A stretch of 64,000 nt of DNA from NCBI GenBank assembly GCA_035499655.1, contig DATJYL010000185.1, forward strand, positions 843 through 64,842, given 5' to 3'. The notes below the pieces were generated by a model that was not told the DNA's origin, ran no database searches, and saw only the letters and a program-made list of their open reading frames with translations. How positions within the stretch are numbered: position 1 is the stretch's first letter; every line of letters starts with the position of its first letter. The DNA is from Pirellulales bacterium (lineage in GTDB: Bacteria; Planctomycetota; Planctomycetia; Pirellulales; JADZDJ01). Made by a program: the position numbers and the translations under genes. Shown here one piece after another: positions 56,582-64,000 of the stretch.

Positions 56582-58872
56582 ATTCACTGAGCATTGACCT
56601 GGTTTTTTCACTGCTGCACGCTTCGGTAGTGGTCGTTGGAGTGCTGCTGGTGCGATCCTGTGTTCCAAGTCGTTTCATCGCCAGCCGAGCAGGCGTCGGC
56701 GGGGTTGGTTTGGGCTGCGTTCTGTTGGTGACCGTGCTGACATTTCTGCCCCTGCCGTACATTGGGCCAATTTCAAGCAGTGCTCTGCCGCAAGCAGACC
56801 AAACATTCTCCAAATTCGCAAAACCTCCTGAGGCCACTGCGACCTTCCCATCTCGTACCTCGGGATCGGAAACTACCGTTAAAACGACTGCAAGCGGCTT
56901 GTCCATTCCCGTGACTTGGCTGCATCGCATCAGCAACAGCGTTACCACTTCAATAACCACCGTCGATGCTGCGCCACGAATCTTCCTAAATGTTTTCATT
57001 GCAATCTTACTTTTCGGCATCGCCATCAACCTGCTGCGGTTCTCAGCAGCGCTGTATCACGTGCATCGGTTGTACAAAAAAAGCATCGTCATTGCAGACG
57101 AGGGTGTCGCTAGACTGTTGGAGGAGTTTCAAACTCGTTGCAATTACCGGCGCAAAATTGAACTACGAGAAAGCACCGAATTAAACAGCGCCGCCACGTT
57201 TGGGTTTCTGAAGCCAGTGATCCTGTTTCCGACTGCCTGGAGACTGTGGTTGCACGATGAACTGGCTGCAGTTTTGGCTCACGAAGTGGCCCACATCCGA
57301 CGGCATGATTTTTTACAACGATTGATTTCCCAGTTTTGTGTAGCCCTTCACTGCTATCATCCGTTAGTCAAAGCGACGGCTCGGCGGCTGGCCATCGATC
57401 AGGAATACGCCGCTGATAATTTGGCCAGCCATTTGCAAACGAACAGCCAAACCTACATTCGCGGTTTGGCAAAATTGGCTTTACGATTTCATGACTCGTT
57501 TCTGGACTGCCCGGCATCACTCATGCCCAACTCATCCGATTACCTTGCAAGGAGGCTTCAAATGTTGCGAACTAAGGAAGGTTCTGTCCGCCATCACCAC
57601 ACGTCACTCGTGACGACATGCGCCACGCTCATGATTGTTGTTATTACTCTGGCTACCGCATTGCTCTACAGTTCAATATCTCTGGCCGACAAGCCAAAAG
57701 CAAATTCACAATCTCCCCGAATTGCATCGCTCCCCAATGCAACCCCGAGCGCTACGCAGACATCGAAGTCCGATCGTTCCGCATCGGATGCTGATTCTGC
57801 AAAAGTGAAGTCGGCAGTCGATCAACAAGTCGAACCACTGTTTGTCCGCAGCCCATTTGATCTATCAATTCTGCAACACGCTGATGAAGGTGCTGCTCTG
57901 ATTCGCTTAGGCGAAATATTACGCCATCCTGATATTGCGCCGCTAGTCGATGGGTACAACTCGCAGTTGACCAACGCTCTGCGCGGGTGGACCAAAAAAA
58001 ACACCTCGGTCGATCTGCGGCAAGTCGAGTGGATTGCATTCTGTACGACCGTGACGATTAAAGCTGCCACTCCCGACCAGAATCAGTCTGACAAAAAAGT
58101 GCCAGATAAGGATGGGCCGCACGGCACCTTGATGCTGGGTGCAGGCTACATGTATATCCGCATGGCGCATGCTGCGAATTGGCAGCAGATCGTTTTAGAT
58201 AGCGTCCCCGGATCAACGCTGGAAACGTTTGAGGGGCATCAATATGTCCACATGCCGAAAATCACATTTCTGGGTCCCTCTGGTTTCCGGCTACGATTTC
58301 CTGACGACAGAACCGTTGTTTGGGCCTGCGATTACAAACCGGAAGACGCCGAGGAGTCAAACAAACTGTTTTTCGACGACAAACCTCGAACAGAACCCTA
58401 TGCTTGGGAATCAACCTGGCGCGGGGTCGAAGGTGGTTTGATCACTTTCGTTTTTGACCACACCAAAGACGGCTGGTCAAAACTACCCGAACCTAATCGC
58501 CATCAACAAGAATGCCCCGAACAGGTCTTGCCACTTGTGGATGAGGCCAAGTACTACGCCTTAGGCTGGGACTGCACCGAAAAGAGCCGAGAGACGGGCA
58601 TTAAAATTCGCGCGACCTGCGACGATGATACTACGGTTCAGAAATTCTATCTTGCAGCATCGCTCCTGTTGAATCGCTGGCCCGATTTGTTCCAAGACAG
58701 CCCGAAAAACCTAGAAACATATCACACTCGGTTAATTCAATTCTTCTCCGGGATAAAAATCCAAGCTAGTCCCGTTAGCAGCGACCAGCACTTTATAGAG
58801 ATGACGGGCGATGCTGGGCTAAAAGAAGGTGAGTTGAAATTGATCGCGCAACAAATCTTTAGTGGCATTTGA
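56578..58872 (+). CDS. BlaR1-like M56 peptidase/sensor with large C-terminal extracytoplasmic domain
   Basis: N-terminal TMs. HEXXH in …LAAVLAHEVAHIRRHDFLQRL…. ATGA overlap with the upstream blaI-like gene. Confidence 0.75.
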   Translation: MNSLSIDLVFSLLHASVVVVGVLLVRSCVPSRFIASRAGVGGVGLGCVLLVTVLTFLPLPYIGPISSSALPQADQTFSKFAKPPEATATFPSRTSGSETTVKTTASGLSIPVTWLHRISNSVTTSITTVDAAPRIFLNVFIAILLFGIAINLLRFSAALYHVHRLYKKSIVIADEGVARLLEEFQTRCNYRRKIELRESTELNSAATFGFLKPVILFPTAWRLWLHDELAAVLAHEVAHIRRHDFLQRLISQFCVALHCYHPLVKATARRLAIDQEYAADNLASHLQTNSQTYIRGLAKLALRFHDSFLDCPASLMPNSSDYLARRLQMLRTKEGSVRHHHTSLVTTCATLMIVVITLATALLYSSISLADKPKANSQSPRIASLPNATPSATQTSKSDRSASDADSAKVKSAVDQQVEPLFVRSPFDLSILQHADEGAALIRLGEILRHPDIAPLVDGYNSQLTNALRGWTKKNTSVDLRQVEWIAFCTTVTIKAATPDQNQSDKKVPDKDGPHGTLMLGAGYMYIRMAHAANWQQIVLDSVPGSTLETFEGHQYVHMPKITFLGPSGFRLRFPDDRTVVWACDYKPEDAEESNKLFFDDKPRTEPYAWESTWRGVEGGLITFVFDHTKDGWSKLPEPNRHQQECPEQVLPLVDEAKYYALGWDCTEKSRETGIKIRATCDDDTTVQKFYLAASLLLNRWPDLFQDSPKNLETYHTRLIQFFSGIKIQASPVSSDQHFIEMTGDAGLKEGELKLIAQQIFSGI

Positions 58873-58913
58873 TGCGATCTTCCCGATTGCAGCGTGATTA
58901 CGACATAAGAGAA

Positions 58914-58952
58914 TCGGCCGGATAGTGCGAATCTATCCGGCCGATCTTTTGG
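58914..58952 (+). terminator. Rho-independent terminator (11 bp GC stem TCGGCCGGATAG / CTATCCGGCCGA, 7 nt loop, TCTTTTGG tail)
   Basis: Perfect hairpin plus T-tract 40 nt downstream of the blaR1-like stop. Confidence 0.6.
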
Positions 58953-59126
58953 ATTTCAAGGCGATAGCCGGGGTGCTGACCGCACTGGATTCTTAAGTTG
59001 GCTGCACCAAGTCCGAACGGATTCTTTGCGAACAAAGCATGTTTTTTTACTGGCTCGAATTAAACTATAAAGCTTCACCACTTTGCTCGTTCTAAAACTC
59101 TCCCCACTCATCTGCATTGCGTTGGG

Positions 59127-60131
59127 ATGAAATTTATGGCGGAAAAACTATCACGTAATGCGCCATGCCCGTGCGGCAGCGGTAAGAAATACAAACACTG
59201 CTGCATCCGCAAAGACTTCGAGTGGGTAGAAATGGACGACGGCACGATTGGACGAAGCGTGGAATTGTCGGACGATGTCAGGGAATCACTTGAAAAACTC
59301 CGAGAGCACCAAAGGCGAGCCTTCGGCCGAGAGCCGGAAGGCGCATTTGAAGGTGCACCGCCCTTTGAACATATTGAGCACTGGACCGTTGAAGCCATGA
59401 AAAAAGGCAACGTGGATCCGGCTCTGATCTATGCCTATGAAAAAACCAATGGTTTGCTGCTCAATCACCACAATGAGAATAAGCTGCCTGATTGCGAGAT
59501 TGCTGAGTGGGAGGCCGCCATTGATGAATACGAGATTAGAACGGGAACGAAAGCAGCGCGGCGCCGCCTGACGGATGAGGACTTTGATGCCATCATGCAA
59601 AATGGTCCCGTGGACCGCCCTCAACCAGGATTTGTCATGCGACTATCGCTACCACCGCCGTTCACCAAAGAAGAATGGGGACAGCGGCAGGTGTCTGACA
59701 TTATCGAGGATCAGAAGTGCTTCGATTATCTGCAAAGCTGCATTCAGGAAATCAGCCGTAGTGGAAGAGGAAAGCTCTACCTGAATATGTTCCTCACGAT
59801 GGCTAATCTTGGTGGTCCAGCGAGCGGACGCAGTGACTATGAGGAAGTCTTGAAAGAAGCGACTGAACGAGACTTTTCTGTGGACGAATTAAATCACACA
59901 CTTGAGTCGCTGTTTCTCACCTGCAAGCCTAAGAGTTCAATGCCAAGCGCTGCCGCAGCATTCGAGGTGCTTGGTTTCATCGGTGATTTTATGAACAGCT
60001 ATGCCGAACATCTCGATGACGGGGACGAATTGTCTGATGTGCTGCAAAAGATCAACGGATTAGCACTGCTCGCTTTCATAGCCGCCGTCAACACCGAACT
60101 CGGTATTCAACCCAATACTTGGTCGGGTTAA
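59127..60131 (+). CDS. SEC-C motif (zinc-ribbon CPCGSGKKYKHCC) N-terminal domain protein, otherwise uncharacterized. Low-GC gene
   Basis: MKFMAEKLSRNAPCPCGSGKKYKHCC… SEC-C metal-binding motif at residues ~12-26. AT-richer than flanks. Confidence 0.55.
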   Translation: MKFMAEKLSRNAPCPCGSGKKYKHCCIRKDFEWVEMDDGTIGRSVELSDDVRESLEKLREHQRRAFGREPEGAFEGAPPFEHIEHWTVEAMKKGNVDPALIYAYEKTNGLLLNHHNENKLPDCEIAEWEAAIDEYEIRTGTKAARRRLTDEDFDAIMQNGPVDRPQPGFVMRLSLPPPFTKEEWGQRQVSDIIEDQKCFDYLQSCIQEISRSGRGKLYLNMFLTMANLGGPASGRSDYEEVLKEATERDFSVDELNHTLESLFLTCKPKSSMPSAAAAFEVLGFIGDFMNSYAEHLDDGDELSDVLQKINGLALLAFIAAVNTELGIQPNTWSG

Positions 60132-60235
60132 ACGTATACGTATCCTTGGATTCTGTCGGCTATTGAACACGGCGTTTGATTGACCTTAGCAAAGAGCCCG
60201 TGAGCCGGAACCTCCAGCATCACGGGCTATCTCGA

Positions 60236-61348
60236 CTACAACAAATTGACCACGCGGTCGGCAAGGCCCTTTTCGCCGAGCAGGACGTTCAGCTTCGACG
60301 TGGCAGCAATCTTCTCCAGTACTTCCAGCTCGCGCAAACGCATGAGCGTCGGGTTGTCCTGGAGCAGCTTCGCCGTGTTGACCTGGCTGCGCATGGCGGC
60401 CGTTTCCTCGCGACGGACGATGAGGTTGGCTTCGGCAGCCTTCTTGGCCTCCGTCACCTTGTTCATCAGGTCTTTCATCTCGCCCGGCAGGATGATGTCG
60501 CGGATGCCGACCGAAATCAGTTCCAGACCAAGCGACTTGGCGCGCGGGCGGACGATTTCAGCCAGTTCATTAGCCACCGCATCCTTATCGGTCAAGAACG
60601 AATCGAGTTCGCGGGCACCGACCACGGCGCGGAGCGCTAACTGCACCTCGCGGTACAGCGCCTGCCGCACGTCGTCGGCCACGCTGACGGCCTGCCGGGC
60701 ATCGACCACGCGGTAGGTCACGACAGCGTTCATCCGCAGCGTCACCTTATCGGCGGTCATGATGTCCTGGCCAGCCACGTCAAACATCGCCTCGCGCATA
60801 TCTTCCTGAACAAACTTGACCGTGGCCAAGTTCTTCCAAAAAGCGTAACGACCCGGCGGCAACGTTTCGACGAAATCGCCGTCGACGAACAGCACGCCCA
60901 CATGGTGTGGCTCAACCGTGCCAATTTCCAGCACGCGGTCGACCGCAGTCGAGCGCATGATGACGCGCAAGTCCGTGTGTACGAAACGCACCTTGCGGGC
61001 ATCGATCACTTCGACCTTCACGGCGCGCAGTGTCGTCCAGTAGGCATACAAGCCCGGCGGCAGGATGTGGCTGAAGCGACCTTCGATCCACACCAAGGCC
61101 CGCTCATAATCCTTCAGGTCCAAAACCACCGCGCGGTCCTGCAGCGCACCCGACTTGACGATCACATCGAGCTTCTCGTGCACGAGCCACGGCTCACGCA
61201 TCGAGACAACCTCGACGCGGACCTTGCTCCACGGGTCGAACAGCCAGTGGCGACCGCGCGCCAGCAGGCCCTTGAACTCCCGGTTGCGGAAGTACAGACC
61301 GATTTCGTAGCTGCGGATATTAACATACTTAAGAATTGGAGTGTTCAT
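60236..61348 (-). CDS. SPFH/band-7 (slipin-like) domain protein without obvious N-terminal TM
   Basis: Central band-7 region …DVAGQDIMTADKVTLRMNAVVTYRVVD… followed by a coiled coil (…EAKKAAEANLIVRREETAAMRSQ…). Confidence 0.6.
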   Translation of the reverse strand: MNTPILKYVNIRSYEIGLYFRNREFKGLLARGRHWLFDPWSKVRVEVVSMREPWLVHEKLDVIVKSGALQDRAVVLDLKDYERALVWIEGRFSHILPPGLYAYWTTLRAVKVEVIDARKVRFVHTDLRVIMRSTAVDRVLEIGTVEPHHVGVLFVDGDFVETLPPGRYAFWKNLATVKFVQEDMREAMFDVAGQDIMTADKVTLRMNAVVTYRVVDARQAVSVADDVRQALYREVQLALRAVVGARELDSFLTDKDAVANELAEIVRPRAKSLGLELISVGIRDIILPGEMKDLMNKVTEAKKAAEANLIVRREETAAMRSQVNTAKLLQDNPTLMRLRELEVLEKIAATSKLNVLLGEKGLADRVVNLL

Positions 61349-61805
61349 AGTTCACCGCCTTTCATTCTTGCTGCTGTACCGACTGACAATATCAATGGAT
61401 GCGTCGTTCGCCTGATTTCAAAAAACCCGCTGGCGACGGAGCGAATTGCCGATCACACGGCTCGATGCGGAGTGCGGTTAAGTCGGAATTGATTTCAGCT
61501 CAGAGCGTAGGGCACGATTTACTGTCGAGCGCTTGCACGCTCGAATCAGCAAACCCGCGTCTGCGATCCTCTGCTAACGTCAATTACCGGCGGTATCCGC
61601 GCACTACAGGGCACGAGCACGTGCTGCTGATAGCCAGCGGCTCACTTCGGCAACCAGGTCACCCAACTGCCGACCCGAAGATCAGCCCATCGAAATTCCT
61701 CGTCACCTGATGAACACACCGAACTGCCAGCCGATCAAACAACCGTCCGACGCCGTTGGGCCTTGGTGGTGGACGCTTTCACGCCCGGAGCGAGTTTGCA
61801 CTCGC

Positions 61806-61878
61806 GGTTTGGTACGGGAGTCGAACCCGCGACAGCCAGATTCATGGTCTGGTGCTCTAACCTCTGAGCTAACCAAGT
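61806..61878 (-). tRNA. tRNA-like gene, Met/Ile2-like body but atypical (anticodon loop CCAUGAA with C33; two acceptor-stem mismatches). Possible pseudo-tRNA
   Basis: Manual fold of reverse complement: D-arm UAGCUCAGAGGUUAGAGCA, anticodon stem CCAGA/UCUGG, T-arm GCGGG-UUCGACU-CCCGU. Confidence 0.4.
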
Positions 61879-62010
61879 GGTAGTCGCACACAGCCTTCGT
61901 TAGAACCCATTCGCGGAACACGTTTCGCCAATCGTTTTCGCGAGACGAATCGCGCCGCTGGCCTAGCTGCGCCAACTTTGCTTGTAATTCCTTTCTGTCT
62001 TCGTTGATGA

Positions 62011-62082
62011 AGACGCCGGTGGGAGTCGAACCCACTTCGAACTGCTTTGCAGGCAGTTGCCGTGCCGTCTGGCTCCAGCGTC
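62011..62082 (-). tRNA. tRNA-Cys (anticodon GCA)
   Basis: Acceptor GACGCUG/CGGCGUC, discriminator U73 (Cys identity), anticodon stem ACUGC/GCAGU with loop CUGCAAA, T-arm GUGGG-UUCGACU-CCCAC. Confidence 0.75.
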
Positions 62083-62129
62083 AAAAGTTGCCCGCCGAAG
62101 CGAGCAACCAAATTCAGTCTCTAAAAGTA

Positions 62130-62306
62130 GTGATTACGATTAGCGCCGTCGAAACGAGCCTTTCTTCAGGCAGCATTTTTTGAATCGCTTGCCGCTACCA
62201 CAGGGACACAAGTCATTTCGACCGAGCTTCTCTTCGAGCAGCTTCGTGTTGTGTACGATGCGGACACCGCGTTTGACTTTTTGCTCGGACGGGAAACCTT
62301 TCCGTC
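62130..62306 (-). CDS. Small SEC-C motif protein (58 aa; [58 protein letters not shown]), missing from ORF track
   Basis: Manual translation. C-terminal [15 protein letters not shown] = SEC-C zinc-binding motif (as in SecA C-terminus/YchJ). Confidence 0.55.
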
Positions 62307-62404
62307 GTTTGCTCATCCGTTCGAAAAAAATGGTTGATCGTCAAAATCGTGCCTGTGCATGGGACACCTCCTTAGAAAATCATCCCGAGACAAAGAATCC
62401 GCAG

Positions 62405-62477
62405 TGTCCTCGCCAGGAATCGAACCTGGTCCTCGACCTTCGCGGGGTCGCATGCAAATCCGGCACACCCCGAGGAC
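62405..62477 (-). tRNA. tRNA-like gene, probable Arg-type (anticodon loop CCGCGAA: reads GCG if canonical; C at position 33)
   Basis: Perfect acceptor GUCCUCG/CGAGGAC, anticodon stem CGACC/GGUCG, T-arm CCAGG-UUCGAUU-CCUGG, 73 nt. Confidence 0.5.
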
Positions 62478-62482
62478 AATCT

Positions 62483-62947
62483 TTATTTGATTCTCAACGC
62501 TTCAACTTGCTGAAGTGCGTCACTAGGCAATTCGTTGCCATAAATTACGGATAAAATAGCTGGAAGATAAATATCGAATGCTTCTCGCGTCATTCCAATC
62601 AAGCGATCGACAGTTTCATTCTCAAGTCGATCTCCAAGCAAAGTCTCGGCGGTTTCAAACCGCAACTCTGAAGTCTCAAAGTTCATCTCGAATCCGCCAC
62701 AAGGAAGTGCAGAGTTAACAAGACGGATGCTTTCAACCACTCCTGACTGACAACCTTTAGAAACACACAACCGCAATTGGCCTGTTGCCTGGAATTGACC
62801 GACTTCGTTATTAATCCTCGCAAACACACGATAGGAACCGACAATTCCAGGAAAATCCACGCAAATTGCTTGTTGCTCATCGTTGGACCAATGGCCGATT
62901 TGCAATTGCTTCATGCGCGACAGCAGCTTTTCGTACGCAGTGTTCAT
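62483..62947 (-). CDS. Hypothetical 154 aa protein on low-GC DNA between tRNAs (possibly YbjN-like)
   Basis: ORF-track ORF. Region is AT-richer than genome average. No recognizable catalytic motif. Confidence 0.35.
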   Translation of the reverse strand: MNTAYEKLLSRMKQLQIGHWSNDEQQAICVDFPGIVGSYRVFARINNEVGQFQATGQLRLCVSKGCQSGVVESIRLVNSALPCGGFEMNFETSELRFETAETLLGDRLENETVDRLIGMTREAFDIYLPAILSVIYGNELPSDALQQVEALRIK

Positions 62948-62966
62948 AAATATTGCTCCCGTTCAG

Positions 62967-63038
62967 TACCTCGCCGAGGAATTGAACCCCGTCTTGCAGC
63001 TTCGAACGCTGCCGTGCTATCCGTCACACTCGCAAGGC
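62967..63038 (-). tRNA. tRNA-Arg (anticodon TCG)
   Basis: Acceptor GCCUUGC/GCGAGGU (two G-U pairs), anticodon stem GCAGC/GCUGC with loop GUUCGAA, T-arm CGGGG-UUCAAUU-CCUCG. Confidence 0.65.
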
Positions 63039-63053
63039 GCATTCGCTGTGCAG

Positions 63054-63125
63054 TATCCCGACCTGGAGTCGAACCAGGACCTGGACCTTCGGAGAGTCCA
63101 ATGCGATCCGCTACACTATCGGGAT
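63054..63125 (-). tRNA. tRNA-Arg (anticodon CCG)
   Basis: Acceptor AUCCCGA/UCGGGAU, anticodon stem GGACU/GGUCC with loop CUCCGAA, T-arm CCUGG-UUCGACU-CCAGG. Standard numbering fits. Confidence 0.7.
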
Positions 63126-63217
63126 GTCACAGAGCCGACGACTGGATTCGCACCAGCATTGACCGGTTTACGGGACCGGCGCCTTTCTCAATCGAGCCAC
63201 GTCGGCATTTTTTCCAG

Positions 63218-63287
63218 CACGAGCGTGAGGATTCGAACCCCATGTGACGGCTTTGGAGGCCGCTTGCCCTCCCAGGAGCACACTCGT
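63218..63287 (-). tRNA. tRNA-Trp-like (anticodon CCA) with shortened/irregular D-arm (70 nt)
   Basis: Acceptor ACGAGUG/CGCUCGU, anticodon stem GCGGC/GCCGU with loop CUCCAAA, T-arm UGGGG-UUCGAAU-CCUCA. The D-region does not form a canonical 4 bp stem. Confidence 0.45.
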
Positions 63288-63321
63288 GTGAAGCCCAGGA
63301 GCTTTCGCTCCCGGGCTTGGT

Positions 63322-63930
63322 TCACTCTTCCAGCTTGACGTTCCAGTACGCCTCGCTGACGAATTTCGACCAGCTTTCAATGCGCACCGTGTGCCGGGCA
63401 TACATCGGCTTCCACAATGGACGAACCGGCGTATGCCGTAGCTTCAAATTGGACTGCTGCGGTGTGCGGTCGGCCTTGCGCTTGTTGCAAGTCACGCACG
63501 CCAAGACGCAGTTTTCCCAAGTCGAAGTGCCGCCCTGCGACCGCGGCACAACGTGGTCGATCGTCAGCTCGTCGGCGCCTGGTTGTACACCGCAATACTG
63601 GCAGGTCCAATGGTCCCGCTTGAACAGGTTGCGGCGACTGAAGCTCACGGCAGCGCTCGGCAGCCGATCGTAATCGGCCAGCACGATCACCTCCGGCGTC
63701 CGTAGCCGCATTCGAATCGCCTGGATGAACGGATCGCCTTCGCGCACACGCAATTGCGACCAATCAGCCCAGGTGTAGGTCTGGTAGTTTTCTGGGTCGA
63801 CCACACGCGCCGACTCGTTCCACAGCAGCACCAGCGCCCGGCCAACCGTAGCTACGTTCACCGGCTGCCAGTTGCGATTCAGCACCAGCGTCGGACGTTC
63901 GAGTGCCTTGGCAACCATGTTGATCTCCAA
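63322..63930 (-). CDS. HNH endonuclease family protein
   Basis: …CQYCGVQPGADELTIDHVVPRSQGGTSTWENCVLACVTCNKRK… = HNH motif with zinc-ribbon cysteines. Confidence 0.8.
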   Translation of the reverse strand: MEINMVAKALERPTLVLNRNWQPVNVATVGRALVLLWNESARVVDPENYQTYTWADWSQLRVREGDPFIQAIRMRLRTPEVIVLADYDRLPSAAVSFSRRNLFKRDHWTCQYCGVQPGADELTIDHVVPRSQGGTSTWENCVLACVTCNKRKADRTPQQSNLKLRHTPVRPLWKPMYARHTVRIESWSKFVSEAYWNVKLEE

Positions 63931-64000
63931 TCGTGAATATCAAAATAAATTCGAATGCAAGATGACTTAACTACAACAACAACGTTCGCATAATTCCAAC

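Noticed and set aside
61795-61890. Plus-strand reading of the 61.8 kb tRNA-like element
   Set aside because: The T-loop GGTTCGACTCC and D-arm consensus occur only in the reverse complement. Plus-strand fold lacks T-arm.
61703-63401. ORF-track ORFs 61703..62035(-), 62180..62554(+), 62777..63247(+), 62883..63338(+), 63168..63401(-)
   Set aside because: Each overlaps one or more tRNA genes and has no recognizable protein features. Considered spurious.

Overview
High-GC window (~60% GC by eye) that looks like a Planctomycetes chromosome. Evidence for that: 'FEPLEDRxLL'-type N-termini on secreted giants, a DUF1559 H-X9-DG pseudopilin, PEP-CTERM/dockerin proteins, a Pmp-repeat beta-helix protein, and several BlaI/BlaR1- and STK-type regulators. 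Gene content from left to right: typA 3' end; cofactor-independent PGM (apgM); a sufR-nuoB-sufC-sufB-[low-GC two-gene insert]-sufD Fe-S assembly operon; giant secreted repeat proteins; two Dus paralogs; a truncated SecA; QueG; a pentose-phosphate/glycolytic block (zwf, SDR, gnd, HAD, PPi-PFK); STK; GH43; a vWA/BatA-like giant; ADH; an FHA-GAF-PP2C phosphatase. The right end is an accessory zone. It contains a tRNA-Gln followed by a ~4.5 kb cargo (VOC, Clp-N membrane protein, PadR-esterase) bracketed by ~700 bp direct repeats that each begin with the last 21 nt of the tRNA. One repeat carries an intact AbiEi-like gene and the other a frameshifted copy. Next come BlaI/BlaR1, then a low-GC SEC-C-domain protein facing an SPFH protein. 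Last is a minus-strand array of six tRNA or tRNA-like genes (two with non-canonical anticodon loops) interspersed with a small unannotated SEC-C ORF, a low-GC YbjN-like ORF and an HNH endonuclease. The most unusual item is a low-GC, SD-equipped, translationally coupled two-gene cassette wedged between sufB and sufD: an acidic ~163 aa protein with DarT/DUF3990-like motifs plus a 59 aa very basic protein that is below the ORF-track threshold. Two copies of a MITE-like inverted-repeat element also occur in suf-region intergenic spacers.
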